Shown here: piece by piece, positions 18,813 to 26,615 of the stretch
How the letters are laid out: each line of letters opens with the position of its first letter
Numbering within the stretch: position 1 is the first letter of the stretch
Assembly (NCBI RefSeq): GCF_000007985.2
Contig: NC_002939.5
Location: 1,080,001-1,112,000, forward strand
Reading direction: 5' to 3'
From: Geobacter sulfurreducens PCA
Lineage (GTDB): Bacteria; Desulfobacterota; Desulfuromonadia; Geobacterales; Geobacteraceae
Length of the DNA stretch: 32,000 bases
The notes under the pieces: generated by a model
What the model saw: the letters and a program-made list of their open reading frames with translations, nothing else
The model's database searches: none
Told to the model about the DNA's origin: nothing
Program-made: the position numbers and the translations under genes

Positions 18813-19370
18813 ATGTCCGTAACTCTCGATGAAATCAAACAAGTCTACCAAGAGGCCGACTGTCTCTTTTCCGAAGCAGAGGTGGAGGCCGCCATCGGCC
18901 GGCTTGCCACCGCGGTCACCGAACGTCTGGCCGAGGCCAATCCCCTGGTCTTCTGCGTCATGAACGGCGGGCTCATCGTCACCGGCAAGCTGCTGCCCCG
19001 GCTCGGATTCCCCCTGGAGATCGAATACCTGCACGCCACGCGCTATGGGCACCACATCTTCGGCAAATCCCTCGACTGGCGGGTGCGTCCCACTGTGGAC
19101 CTGAGAGGACGGACGGTACTGATTGTGGATGACATACTGGACGAGGGGGCGACGCTCGACGCCATTACCGAATGGTGCCTGCAGGAGGGGGCGGCGAAGG
19201 TCTTCACCGCCGTGCTCGTGGACAAGGAGCATGACCGGAAGGCCCGGCCGGGGTTGAAGGCCGACTTCACGGGGCTTGTGTCCCCGGACCGGTTCCTCTT
19301 CGGCTACGGAATGGATTACAAGGGATACTGGCGCAACGCGCCGGGGATCTATGCGGTGAAGGGGTATTAG
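18813..19370 (+). CDS. hpt: hypoxanthine/guanine phosphoribosyltransferase family protein
   Basis: PRPP-binding loop VLIVDDILDEGATL. The 185-aa size fits a type I PRTase. I chose the ATG at 18813 over the longer ORF. Confidence 0.75.
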   Translation: MSVTLDEIKQVYQEADCLFSEAEVEAAIGRLATAVTERLAEANPLVFCVMNGGLIVTGKLLPRLGFPLEIEYLHATRYGHHIFGKSLDWRVRPTVDLRGRTVLIVDDILDEGATLDAITEWCLQEGAAKVFTAVLVDKEHDRKARPGLKADFTGLVSPDRFLFGYGMDYKGYWRNAPGIYAVKGY

Positions 19371-19416
19371 CCGTTCAGGGCGGGCCGGGGAACGGCTCGG
19401 GTTCGCCCTGAACGGC
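19370..19416. terminator. 13-bp stem hairpin between convergent genes (gccgttcagggcg / cgccctgaacggc); no U-tract
   Basis: Inverted repeat read directly. It contains a 12-nt direct repeat, gaacggctcggg, at 19390 and 19410. Confidence 0.4.
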
Positions 19417-19427
19417 TCGGGCACCGC

Positions 19428-19979
19428 TTAGGGCTGCTTCCATACGTAGGTTTTGCTGATGCTTGCGGCGGCCTGGTCGGTGGAAATCTCGGCTCCCGAG
19501 ACGTCCAGCACTCGGTAGCTCAGGACCTTGAAGTCCGCGTTGCTGACATTCTGTGTGGTCGTGTTGTAGTTCGGCACGAATCCCGGCTTGAAGTCGAACC
19601 AGAGCGAGCCGAACGTCCCGAACTTGACCCCGTAGGGGTTGACGAGCAGGAACTTCACGGTGTCGCCCACACTGGGATCCGTCGAGGGGGTCAGGGCGGA
19701 AGAGACGAGCGTGCCGGTGTTCAGCATACTGTTGTCCACCATGACGACCGTTGCCGGATCGAGGAAGTACTTGCCCGGGGTGAGCGGGTCCAGTTTTGGC
19801 GTGATCCCCACGGGGAGCTGCAGCACGACTTCGAGGCCGTAGAATTCCGTGGGTGCCGGTTTGATGACCGTGCCGGTAAGAGCCGTTGCAGTGGTTGCAA
19901 GAACCACCTGCAACGGTTGGGCAAGGGCCGATGCCGATGCCGCGAAAAGGATAACGAGACTCAGTACTGCCGCTTTCAT
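19428..19979 (-). CDS. secreted protein of unknown function (183 aa; Sec signal peptide, no Cys and no heme motif)
   Basis: AAGGAGG SD before the ATG at 19979. Signal peptide MKAAVLSLVILFAASASALA/QP. The mature part is rich in Thr, Val and Pro and looks beta-rich. It lies directly downstream of the riboswitch-terminator. Confidence 0.8.
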   Translation of the reverse strand: MKAAVLSLVILFAASASALAQPLQVVLATTATALTGTVIKPAPTEFYGLEVVLQLPVGITPKLDPLTPGKYFLDPATVVMVDNSMLNTGTLVSSALTPSTDPSVGDTVKFLLVNPYGVKFGTFGSLWFDFKPGFVPNYNTTTQNVSNADFKVLSYRVLDVSGAEISTDQAAASISKTYVWKQP

Positions 19980-20012
19980 GGTTCCTCCTTCGTGTGTGTG
20001 GTGGGTGCGGGC

Positions 20013-20058
20013 AAAAAAAAAGAAACAGCCTGCCCCTGTGGGACGCGGTACTGTTTCT
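20013..20058 (-). terminator. intrinsic terminator forming the riboswitch expression platform (AGAAACAG...CUGUUUCU followed by U8)
   Basis: Minus-strand reading is gaagaaacag-[22 nt with an inner GUCCC/GGGGC stem]-ctgtttct-tttttttt. It ends 33 nt before the ATG at 19979. Confidence 0.75.
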
Positions 20059-20144
20059 TCGCCAACCCGGCTGTCCCGCTGTTTCAGGCGGGACCCGCAG
20101 CTTTGTGCCCCCCGGTTACCCGGGGTTTACCTCTTCGAAAACAG
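20051..20144 (-). ncRNA. GEMM-I cyclic-dinucleotide riboswitch aptamer (c-di-GMP or 3',3'-cGAMP class)
   Basis: Minus-strand RNA: CUGUUUUCGAAGAGGUAAACC-CCCCGG-GUAA-CCGGGG-GGCACAAAGCUGCGG-GUCCCGC-CUGAAACA-GCGGGAC-AGCCGGGUUGGCGAAGAAACAG. It aligns with the Vc2/GEMM-I core (GGCAAACC, a GNRA-capped hairpin, GGGACGCAAAGCC, a second hairpin, CGGGGUUACC). Confidence 0.75.
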
Positions 20145-20201
20145 TGCGTAACGGATTACGGACCTTTTGAGCAATTCTAGCCCGTGGCAGCACAGTTTTG
20201 C

Positions 20202-20217
20202 TGTGAGCGGCGTCACA
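20202..20217. promoter_or_regulatory. perfect CRP-family operator, TGTGA-gcggcg-TCACA
   Basis: The only perfect TGTGA-N6-TCACA I found in the window. Its centre (20209.5) is about 42 bp upstream of the TSS predicted from the minus-strand TAGAAT at 20179..20174. Confidence 0.5.
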
Positions 20218-20285
20218 GAACAAGGGGCTGCCCCCTGGTACCCTGAGCGCCGTCCGAAACTCATATCCATTTTTCTGAGGCGTCC

Positions 20286-21587
20286 ATGAAACATTTTTTT
20301 CAGTTCGAGCGCTACAACACCACCTACCGCAAGGAGACGGTGGCGGGCATTACCACCTTCCTGACCATGGCGTACATCATCATCGTCAATCCCGCCATCC
20401 TCGAGGCGGCGGGGATTCCGCGGGGCCCCTCCACAACGGCCACCATCGTGGCCGCGGTCTTCGGCACGGTAGTGATGGCGTTGTACGCCAACCGCCCCTT
20501 TGCCATTGCTCCGTACATGAGCGAGAACGCCTTTATCGCCTTCACCGTGGTCAAGGTGCTGGGATATTCATGGCAGACAGCCCTGGGAGCGGTCTTCGTG
20601 GCGGGCGTACTGTTCACGGTCCTGACCGTTTTCAAAGTGCGGAGCTGGCTGGCCGAGGCGATCCCGCTCTCGCTCAAATGCGCTTTTGCCGTCGGTATTG
20701 GACTGTTTCTCACCTTCATCGGCCTGAACGAAACCGGTCTCGTTACCCTCGGCGTGCCGGGGGCGCCGGTCAAGATGGGTAACATCGCCTCTCCGTCGGT
20801 GCTTCTGGCGGTCTTCGGCTACCTCCTCACTGTCTTTCTCATGACGCGCAAGATTCACGGGGCCATTGTGATCGGCATCGTCGCCACCACCGTCCTGTCG
20901 GTGGCCTGCGGGGTGACGCCCATGCCGACCGAATTCGTGAGCATGCCGCCGGATCTCTCGCCGATCCTGTTTCAGCTCAACATCGGTGATGCCCTCGACA
21001 TCCGCTTCTTCCCCGTGGTCCTCACCATCTTCATAATGGCGTTCCTCGATACGGTGGGCACCCTCATCGGCCTCTCCATGCGGGCCGATCTGCTGGATGA
21101 GAAGGGGAACCTGCCGGAGATCGAGAAACCGATGCTGGCCGATGCCCTTGCCACCACCGTGGCGCCGTTGCTGGGCACCACTACTACCGGCGCCTACATC
21201 GAATCGGCCACCGGCATCGAAGAAGGGGGGCGCACCGGCTTCACGGCACTGGTGGTGGCGGGGCTCTTCCTGATGTCCCTCTTTTTCGCGCCGCTGTTCA
21301 CCATTGTGCCTCCCCATGCTTACGGTATCGCCCTCATCGTGATCGGTTCCTTCATGATCGAGCCGCTCCGCCGGATCGACTTCGAGGACTTCACCGAGCT
21401 GGTTCCCGCTTTCCTTACCATCGTGCTGATGATTTTCACCTACAACATCGGCGTCGGCATGAGCACGGGGCTGCTTACCTATCCCCTCCTCAAGACCGCC
21501 GCCGGCAAGAGACACCAGGTCTCTGCTGGTATGTGGGTCCTGGCGGGGCTTGCGGTGCTGCTGTTCGTCTTTTTCCCCAAGATGTAA
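20286..21587 (+). CDS. NCS2/AzgA-family purine (adenine/guanine/hypoxanthine) permease
   Basis: 433 aa. The N-terminus FQFERYNTTYRKETVAGITTFLTMAYIIIVNP is typical of the AzgA/PbuG family. About 12 TM segments. Confidence 0.85.
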   Translation: MKHFFQFERYNTTYRKETVAGITTFLTMAYIIIVNPAILEAAGIPRGPSTTATIVAAVFGTVVMALYANRPFAIAPYMSENAFIAFTVVKVLGYSWQTALGAVFVAGVLFTVLTVFKVRSWLAEAIPLSLKCAFAVGIGLFLTFIGLNETGLVTLGVPGAPVKMGNIASPSVLLAVFGYLLTVFLMTRKIHGAIVIGIVATTVLSVACGVTPMPTEFVSMPPDLSPILFQLNIGDALDIRFFPVVLTIFIMAFLDTVGTLIGLSMRADLLDEKGNLPEIEKPMLADALATTVAPLLGTTTTGAYIESATGIEEGGRTGFTALVVAGLFLMSLFFAPLFTIVPPHAYGIALIVIGSFMIEPLRRIDFEDFTELVPAFLTIVLMIFTYNIGVGMSTGLLTYPLLKTAAGKRHQVSAGMWVLAGLAVLLFVFFPKM

Positions 21588-21608
21588 GCTGTAAGCGCGT
21601 CGGACTTC

Positions 21609-21652
21609 CGACGCAAAAAGGCCCGCACATGGTGGCGGGCCTTTTTGCGTCG
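21609..21652. terminator. bidirectional intrinsic terminator (18-bp stem cgacgcaaaaaggcccgc / gcgggcctttttgcgtcg)
   Basis: Perfect inverted repeat with embedded A and T runs, between convergent genes. Confidence 0.8.
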
Positions 21653-21664
21653 GGGCGGGAAACC

Positions 21665-22318
21665 TTAGCCGTGCTCGACCGTCACGGCCAGTTCCTCCAG
21701 TTCATTCTCCAGGTGGGCAACCAGTCCTCTCACCGCTTCCCGGTGGCCGTCCGGCAGCCCGTCCACCCCTGCCAGGGCGGTTTCGAGGCGCCGGGCCGCG
21801 GCAAGGGCGCCCCTGACCGTGACTGCCGGGTCCCGCACCGGCTCCTGACGGCTCCTGGCAACCTCCTTGAACTGCTTGAGCACCGTGGGGTGGCTCCGCT
21901 CCTCCTCCACGACCCGCTTGCGCAGGTCGGCGTATTCCTGGTCGGAAAACCCCTTTTCTTCCCGGGCTTGGCGCAGGAGGTCGATGGAGCGGTAGTCGGG
22001 AAGGGGGCGGGGCTCTTCCCGCCGTGCCAGGAGCTGGGGTTCGTGCTGCTCCATGAAGCGGTAGGCCAGCGTCAGCTTCTGGGCCGTTTCCTTCTTGATG
22101 CGGATTTCCCTCGTGCAGTATTCCTCGAAGCTGCCGTATCCCCAGTCACGGTAGAGATTGCGGTTGTTCACGCCGAACAACCGGTCGCCCAGCTCCACCC
22201 AGGATGATTTGAACTTTTTTGCGGTTTCCAGTACCTGGAAGCGTTCCGATGAGGGATCGAGTTCCTCCATGATCCGTTCGATATGGCGTTCGCCGGAGGA
22301 TTGGGGCAGGTCGGTCAT
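21665..22318 (-). CDS. hypothetical protein (217 aa)
   Basis: Clean ORF with coding-like composition. No motif recognised. Confidence 0.55.
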   Translation of the reverse strand: MTDLPQSSGERHIERIMEELDPSSERFQVLETAKKFKSSWVELGDRLFGVNNRNLYRDWGYGSFEEYCTREIRIKKETAQKLTLAYRFMEQHEPQLLARREEPRPLPDYRSIDLLRQAREEKGFSDQEYADLRKRVVEEERSHPTVLKQFKEVARSRQEPVRDPAVTVRGALAAARRLETALAGVDGLPDGHREAVRGLVAHLENELEELAVTVEHG

Positions 22319-22489
22319 TGCTGGTTCTCCTGTAGGGGGGTGAAGATGGTAACCATGAAACTATCACAGGTTATGGCCCGGCAGGAACGAAGAGATTGCA
22401 GCGGCATGGAATTTTTACTTTGAGCCTCCGGGGGTTCGGGCTACAATCCCCCGGTTTGACTTCCATTTCCACAACACGGAGTGTTTGAC

Positions 22490-23995
22490 ATGACACGACT
22501 GAACATCCTCATGGCCGCGTCCGAGTGCGTCCCCTTTGCCAAGGAAGGGGGACTGGCGGACGTGGTGGGGGTGCTGCCCAAGTACCTGGCCCATATGGGG
22601 CACGATGTGCGGGTGGTGATGCCCCTCTACTCCCGGATCGACCCGGAGCGGTTCGGGCTGGAGCGGCTTCCCGGCGTGCTCGTGGTTCCCATGGGAATCA
22701 TGGGCAATCAGTACTGCGGCGTCTGGGAGGGACGGCTTCCGGGCTCCGCCGTGCCGGTCTATTTCCTCGAACACGAGGGGTACTACGGTCGGGAAGGGCT
22801 CTACGAGGAAGACAACGTGGGGTACATGGACAACGACAACCGGTTCATTTTCCTCTCCCGGGCCGCCATGGAACTGCCCAAGTTGATCGGCTTCGCCCCC
22901 GATGTCTTCCATGCCCACGACTGGCACACTGCCGCCGTGCCGGTCTTCCTCAACACCCTTTACCGTGACGACCCGCTGGTGGGCGGTGCCGCATCGGTGC
23001 TCACCGTCCACAATATGCAGCACCAGGGCAATTTCTACCCCGGTGCCATGGAGGTCCTGGGCATCGGCTGGGAGCACTTCACCTTTCTGGGGCTCGAAAA
23101 GGACAACCAGACCAACCTGCTCAAAGGGGGGCTTTACCACGCCACGGTCCTCAACACCGTGAGCGAGGGATACGCCCGGGAGATGCAGACGCCGGAGTAC
23201 GGGTGGGGGCTCGACGGCGTGGTGCGGGCACGGTCCGCCGATCTGGTCGGCATCCTCAACGGCGTCGATTACGAGGAGTGGAACCCGGAGACCGACCCGC
23301 ACATCGTGGCGAACTATTCCCGTTCCGACCTGTCGGGCAAGAAGCTCTGCAAAAGGGACGTGCAGCGATTCTTCGGCCTGCCCGAGCGGGATGACGTGCC
23401 GTTGTTCGGCCTGGTGGGGCGGCTGGTGAAGCAGAAGGGAATCGATATCCTGGCCGAGGCGATTCACCGTATCCTTGCCCTGGATGTTCAGGTCGTCATG
23501 CTGGGGGCGGGTGAGCCCTGGTCGCACTTTTATTTCGGGGATGTCAGAAACGAATATCCTGAGAAGTTCGGCCTGTATATCGGGTACAACAATGGGCTTT
23601 CCCACCGGATCGAGGCGGGGAGCGACTTCTTCGTGATGCCGTCGGCCTTCGAGCCGTGCGGGCTCAATCAGATGTACTCGTTGCGCTACGGGACCCTGCC
23701 CATTGTCCGGGCCACGGGGGGGCTCGACGACAGCGTGGAGAACTTCGACGAACAGAACCTGACCGGCAACGGTTTCAAGTTCTGGAGCCACGATGCCGAT
23801 GCCCTGTTCGATACGGTGGGGTGGACGGTGCATACCTGGTACCGCCGCAAGGACGCCATGGCAGCCCTCATCGGCAATGCAATGGCAAAGCGGTTCACCT
23901 GGGAGGATTCGGCGGCCAGGTATGAGGAACTCTACTGCCGGGCCCTGCGCAAACGGCTCGGCGTCGGGGTCTTTGTCCGGCGCTTCGGGGGATGA
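22490..23995 (+). CDS. glgA: glycogen synthase (ADP-glucose type), GlgA
   Basis: N-terminus MTRLNILMAASECVPFAKEGGLADVVG (the KxGGL motif), and a C-terminal GT1 domain (PSAFEPCGLNQMYSLRYGTLPIVRATGGLDD). ATG at 22490 is 9 nt after GGAG. Confidence 0.9.
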   Translation: MTRLNILMAASECVPFAKEGGLADVVGVLPKYLAHMGHDVRVVMPLYSRIDPERFGLERLPGVLVVPMGIMGNQYCGVWEGRLPGSAVPVYFLEHEGYYGREGLYEEDNVGYMDNDNRFIFLSRAAMELPKLIGFAPDVFHAHDWHTAAVPVFLNTLYRDDPLVGGAASVLTVHNMQHQGNFYPGAMEVLGIGWEHFTFLGLEKDNQTNLLKGGLYHATVLNTVSEGYAREMQTPEYGWGLDGVVRARSADLVGILNGVDYEEWNPETDPHIVANYSRSDLSGKKLCKRDVQRFFGLPERDDVPLFGLVGRLVKQKGIDILAEAIHRILALDVQVVMLGAGEPWSHFYFGDVRNEYPEKFGLYIGYNNGLSHRIEAGSDFFVMPSAFEPCGLNQMYSLRYGTLPIVRATGGLDDSVENFDEQNLTGNGFKFWSHDADALFDTVGWTVHTWYRRKDAMAALIGNAMAKRFTWEDSAARYEELYCRALRKRLGVGVFVRRFGG

Positions 23996-23997
23996 TG

Positions 23998-24037
23998 AAA
24001 AAAAGAGGGGATAGCCAGTGGCCATCCCCTCTTTTTT
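23998..24037. terminator. bidirectional intrinsic terminator (agaggggat / atcccctct flanked by A7 and T6)
   Basis: 9-bp stem between the convergent glgA and cytochrome genes. Confidence 0.8.
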
Positions 24038-24054
24038 CCTCCAGAAGTCAGCAG

Positions 24055-24333
24055 TTACTTCTTGTGGCACTCACCGCACTTGGTGGGGCCTTTCCCCATT
24101 TCCTTGTGACAGCCGGTACAGGTCTTGTGGGCCCAGTCCTTGCCCATGCCGGCGATCTTGCCCCCAGCCTCGGTTTCGTGGCAGGCCTTGCACTCGCCCT
24201 TCACCCCGGCGTGCTTTTTGTGGTCGAAGGTGACGTTGCCGTTCTTTGCTTCCAGGACCACGACCTTGTCGTGGGCAACGGCGAGGCCGGCACAGAACAG
24301 GGTGAGTGCTGCGGCTGCTATCAGTCGTTTCAT
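24055..24333 (-). CDS. ppcD: periplasmic triheme cytochrome c7 (PpcA family)
   Basis: Signal peptide MKRLIAAAALTLFCAGLAVA. A mature protein of about 72 aa with three CxxCH motifs (CKACH, CTGCH, CGECH) and the family C-terminus GPTKCGECHKK. The mature sequence matches my recollection of PpcD. AGGAGG SD before the ATG at 24333. Confidence 0.9.
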   Translation of the reverse strand: MKRLIAAAALTLFCAGLAVAHDKVVVLEAKNGNVTFDHKKHAGVKGECKACHETEAGGKIAGMGKDWAHKTCTGCHKEMGKGPTKCGECHKK

Positions 24334-24368
24334 GGTGCTCCTCCTTTGAGTACGAAAGTCTGCCCCCA

Positions 24369-24396
24369 ATTGTACGAGCAGACGGCCGCTTTGCAA
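24369..24396 (-). promoter_or_regulatory. sigma-70 promoter, TTGCAA-N16-TACAAT, with an A/T-rich UP-like tract upstream
   Basis: Minus-strand -35 at 24396..24391 and -10 at 24374..24369. The tract aataaataaagaaaaa lies just upstream. The leader to the ATG is about 29 nt. Confidence 0.6.
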
Positions 24397-24515
24397 GGAG
24401 CACCACACATTTTTCTTTATTTATTAGGCTGGTACCGGAGTACTCGCGGCACTCGAACGGCCCGTCTCCGCTCCTCTGCCGTTCATCCGCCCCGGCAGGC
24501 CTTCCGGCACCAGTC

Positions 24516-25118
24516 TCAGGTGACAGCTTCCTTCCCTCCAGACTCAGCGCCCGCCTGCTGTGACCACTCATCCAGCTTCCGCATGACTGCTTCGAAGGTT
24601 TTCTGGGATATTTCGGGCAACTCCATGCCGAAATCCTTTTTGGCCATCTCGAAGCCCTTCACGACACCTTCCTTGATCTTTTCCAGGAGGGCCACGTCTC
24701 CTCCCGCCAGAGACGTGGCAAATTCCACGATCCGGTCCGACGTCTGCTCCACCCCCCAGTAACCGTCGTCCGCCACCAGCTTTGCCGCCTCATCGGGGGT
24801 CAGGTCCTCCAGGTTTACCGTTTTCCCCTCGCCCACATCGATGGTCGTGGAAATGCCCTGCTCTTTGAAGGTCTTCGCCACAAGCTCCCGCAGCATGAGA
24901 AACTTCGAGTCGAGGATCTGCTCCCGGTCCAGCGGTTTACCGTAGGTGACCTCTTTGGACTCTTCAGAGGATTCACCGATGGTTACCCGGTCTTTGACTT
25001 CATTGCGGACGTCCTTGTCACCCTTTCGCTCCGCTCCGCGGAGGAGTTCGTCGTTGCGCCGGTCCCGTTCCGCTGACTGTGGTGGGGTTACTCCACCCAT
25101 GCCGATGCCTCCGACCAT
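24516..25118 (-). CDS. hypothetical cytoplasmic protein (200 aa)
   Basis: GAGGAGG lies 7 nt before the ATG at 25118. Acidic and Lys-rich, with no signal peptide and no recognised catalytic motif. Confidence 0.6.
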   Translation of the reverse strand: MVGGIGMGGVTPPQSAERDRRNDELLRGAERKGDKDVRNEVKDRVTIGESSEESKEVTYGKPLDREQILDSKFLMLRELVAKTFKEQGISTTIDVGEGKTVNLEDLTPDEAAKLVADDGYWGVEQTSDRIVEFATSLAGGDVALLEKIKEGVVKGFEMAKKDFGMELPEISQKTFEAVMRKLDEWSQQAGAESGGKEAVT

Positions 25119-25163
25119 GACACGACCTCCTCACAAAGGAAATATGACCATCTTTTAAGTACT

Positions 25164-25191
25164 AGTGTAGCAAATTGAAAGCTGTTTTCAA
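25164..25191 (-). promoter_or_regulatory. sigma-70 promoter, TTGAAA-N16-TACACT
   Basis: Minus-strand -35 at 25191..25186 (overlapping the upstream gene's stop) and -10 at 25169..25164. Confidence 0.5.
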
Positions 25192-25721
25192 ATGTCCTTC
25201 GTGTGCTTTCCGTTCTGCTTGCCGTACTGCTCTTCCAGATATTCCACGAAATCGATGTGACGGTTGATGAAGGTGAGGTTGTGGCGGCTTTCGTAGATGA
25301 GGATGGCGCTGGCGGCGAAGAGGAAGAGGCCGCCGGAGAGGGCGAGAGCAGTGGGTATCCAGCTGGTTTCCCTGCTGCCGTAGGCCACGTTGAAGGCAAT
25401 GCCGAGGCTCGATGCCACAAACAGGGCCGTAGCCGTATAGAGGGCCGCCAGGGCGTGCTGGATGAGCCGGGCGCGGACTCGCTGCTTCTGTACCTGCACC
25501 TTCAGGAACTCCATCCGCTCCGCGGCAAAGGGGAGCGTGCCGGCAAGGACCGACTCGATCTCGCTTTTCAGGCTGTTCACCCGGTCGAACACGCGCCCCA
25601 GGCGGTTGGAGGTGGAAAAGATAAGAGTGCCGGCGGCTGAAATAAGCACCGCCGGCGTGATCATGGAGGTGAGGACCCGGGCGCTGGAGAGGGCTTCGAG
25701 CAGTTCCTTGTCCTGGAGCAT
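25188..25721 (-). CDS. DUF2721-like membrane protein (177 aa)
   Basis: The pattern of three TM helices plus an amphipathic linker is as I recall for DUF2721. It starts 9 nt after the aguB stop, so it is probably co-transcribed. Confidence 0.6.
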   Translation of the reverse strand: MLQDKELLEALSSARVLTSMITPAVLISAAGTLIFSTSNRLGRVFDRVNSLKSEIESVLAGTLPFAAERMEFLKVQVQKQRVRARLIQHALAALYTATALFVASSLGIAFNVAYGSRETSWIPTALALSGGLFLFAASAILIYESRHNLTFINRHIDFVEYLEEQYGKQNGKHTKDI

Positions 25722-25730
25722 GGGGGCCTC

Positions 25731-26615
25731 TCAGTCTCGGTAGCGGCGCAGCAGGTCGCCGTAGGCGTCAATGCGCCGGTCACGCAGGAACGGCCAGATG
25801 CGACGGACCGCCTCGCTACGGGCCAAGTCCAGTTCCGTGATGAGCAATTCCTCCCCGTCGTTGGAAGCCTGGGCCAGGATCTCGCCCTGGGGGCCGGCCA
25901 CGAAGCTCGAACCCCAGAACTGGCTGCCGGGGAGGACTCCCGAGGGATCCGACTCGTGTCCCACGCGGTTGACGCTCACCACCGGGATGCCGTTGGCCAC
26001 GGCATGGCCCCGTTGGATGGTGATCCAGGCTTCCTTCTGGCGGATCTTCTCGTCGTCGTCGTCACGGGGGTCCCAGCCGATGGCCGTGGGATAGATGAGG
26101 AGGTCGGCGCCAGCCAGGGCCATGAGCCGGGCGGCTTCGGGATACCACTGATCCCAGCAGACCAGGACCCCTAGTTTTCCCACCGAGGTCCGGATCGGCT
26201 CGAAGCCAAGGTCGCCGGGGGTGAAGTAGAACTTCTCGTAATAGCCCGGGTCGTCGGGAATGTGCATCTTGCGGTAGGTGCCGGCCATGGAGCCGTCTTT
26301 TTCGAAGACCACGGCGGTGTTGTGGTAAAGCCCCGGCGCCCGGCGCTCGAACAGCGAGGAAACGAGCACCACGCCGAATTCCTTGGCCACGCCGCCGAGC
26401 AGTTCCGTGGTGGGGCCGGGGATCGGCTCGGCCAGGTCGAAATGGGCGGTATCCTCGTTCTGGCAGAAATAGGGACCCGTGTGCAGCTCCTGGAGCACCA
26501 CGAGCTTTGCGCCCAGGACGCTCGCCTTGCGGATGTTCTCGATGCTTTTGGCCAGGTTCAGATCCTTGTCGGCGGTGCAGCTCTGCTGGACAAGGGCGAC
26601 GCTCAGTTTGGACAT
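25731..26615 (-). CDS. aguB: N-carbamoylputrescine amidase (carbon-nitrogen hydrolase family)
   Basis: Nitrilase-superfamily Glu-Lys-Cys context (VVLQELH, YRKMHIP, LVCWDQWYPE). It is paired with agmatine deiminase. Confidence 0.85.
   Translation of the reverse strand: MSKLSVALVQQSCTADKDLNLAKSIENIRKASVLGAKLVVLQELHTGPYFCQNEDTAHFDLAEPIPGPTTELLGGVAKEFGVVLVSSLFERRAPGLYHNTAVVFEKDGSMAGTYRKMHIPDDPGYYEKFYFTPGDLGFEPIRTSVGKLGVLVCWDQWYPEAARLMALAGADLLIYPTAIGWDPRDDDDEKIRQKEAWITIQRGHAVANGIPVVSVNRVGHESDPSGVLPGSQFWGSSFVAGPQGEILAQASNDGEELLITELDLARSEAVRRIWPFLRDRRIDAYGDLLRRYRD

Noticed and set aside
19390-19421. A 12-nt direct repeat, gaacggctcggg, present twice and 20 nt apart between hpt and the secreted-protein gene.
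   Set aside because: There are only two copies, and they are embedded in the arms and loop of the convergent-gene hairpin. There is no array structure, so it is not a CRISPR or a mobile-element end.
20185-20201. A sigma-54-like TGGCAG...TTTTGC on the plus strand, upstream of the permease.
   Set aside because: GG and GC are 12 nt apart rather than the required 10, so the spacing is incompatible with RpoN binding.
20150-20285. A possible purine riboswitch in the leader of the purine permease, or upstream of hpt (18680..18812).
   Set aside because: Neither region contains the conserved guanine/adenine aptamer loops (UAUAAUCGCGUGGAUAUGGCACGCAAGUUUCUACCGGGCACCGUAAAUGUCCGACUAUG-like core), nor a three-way junction that I could fold by eye.
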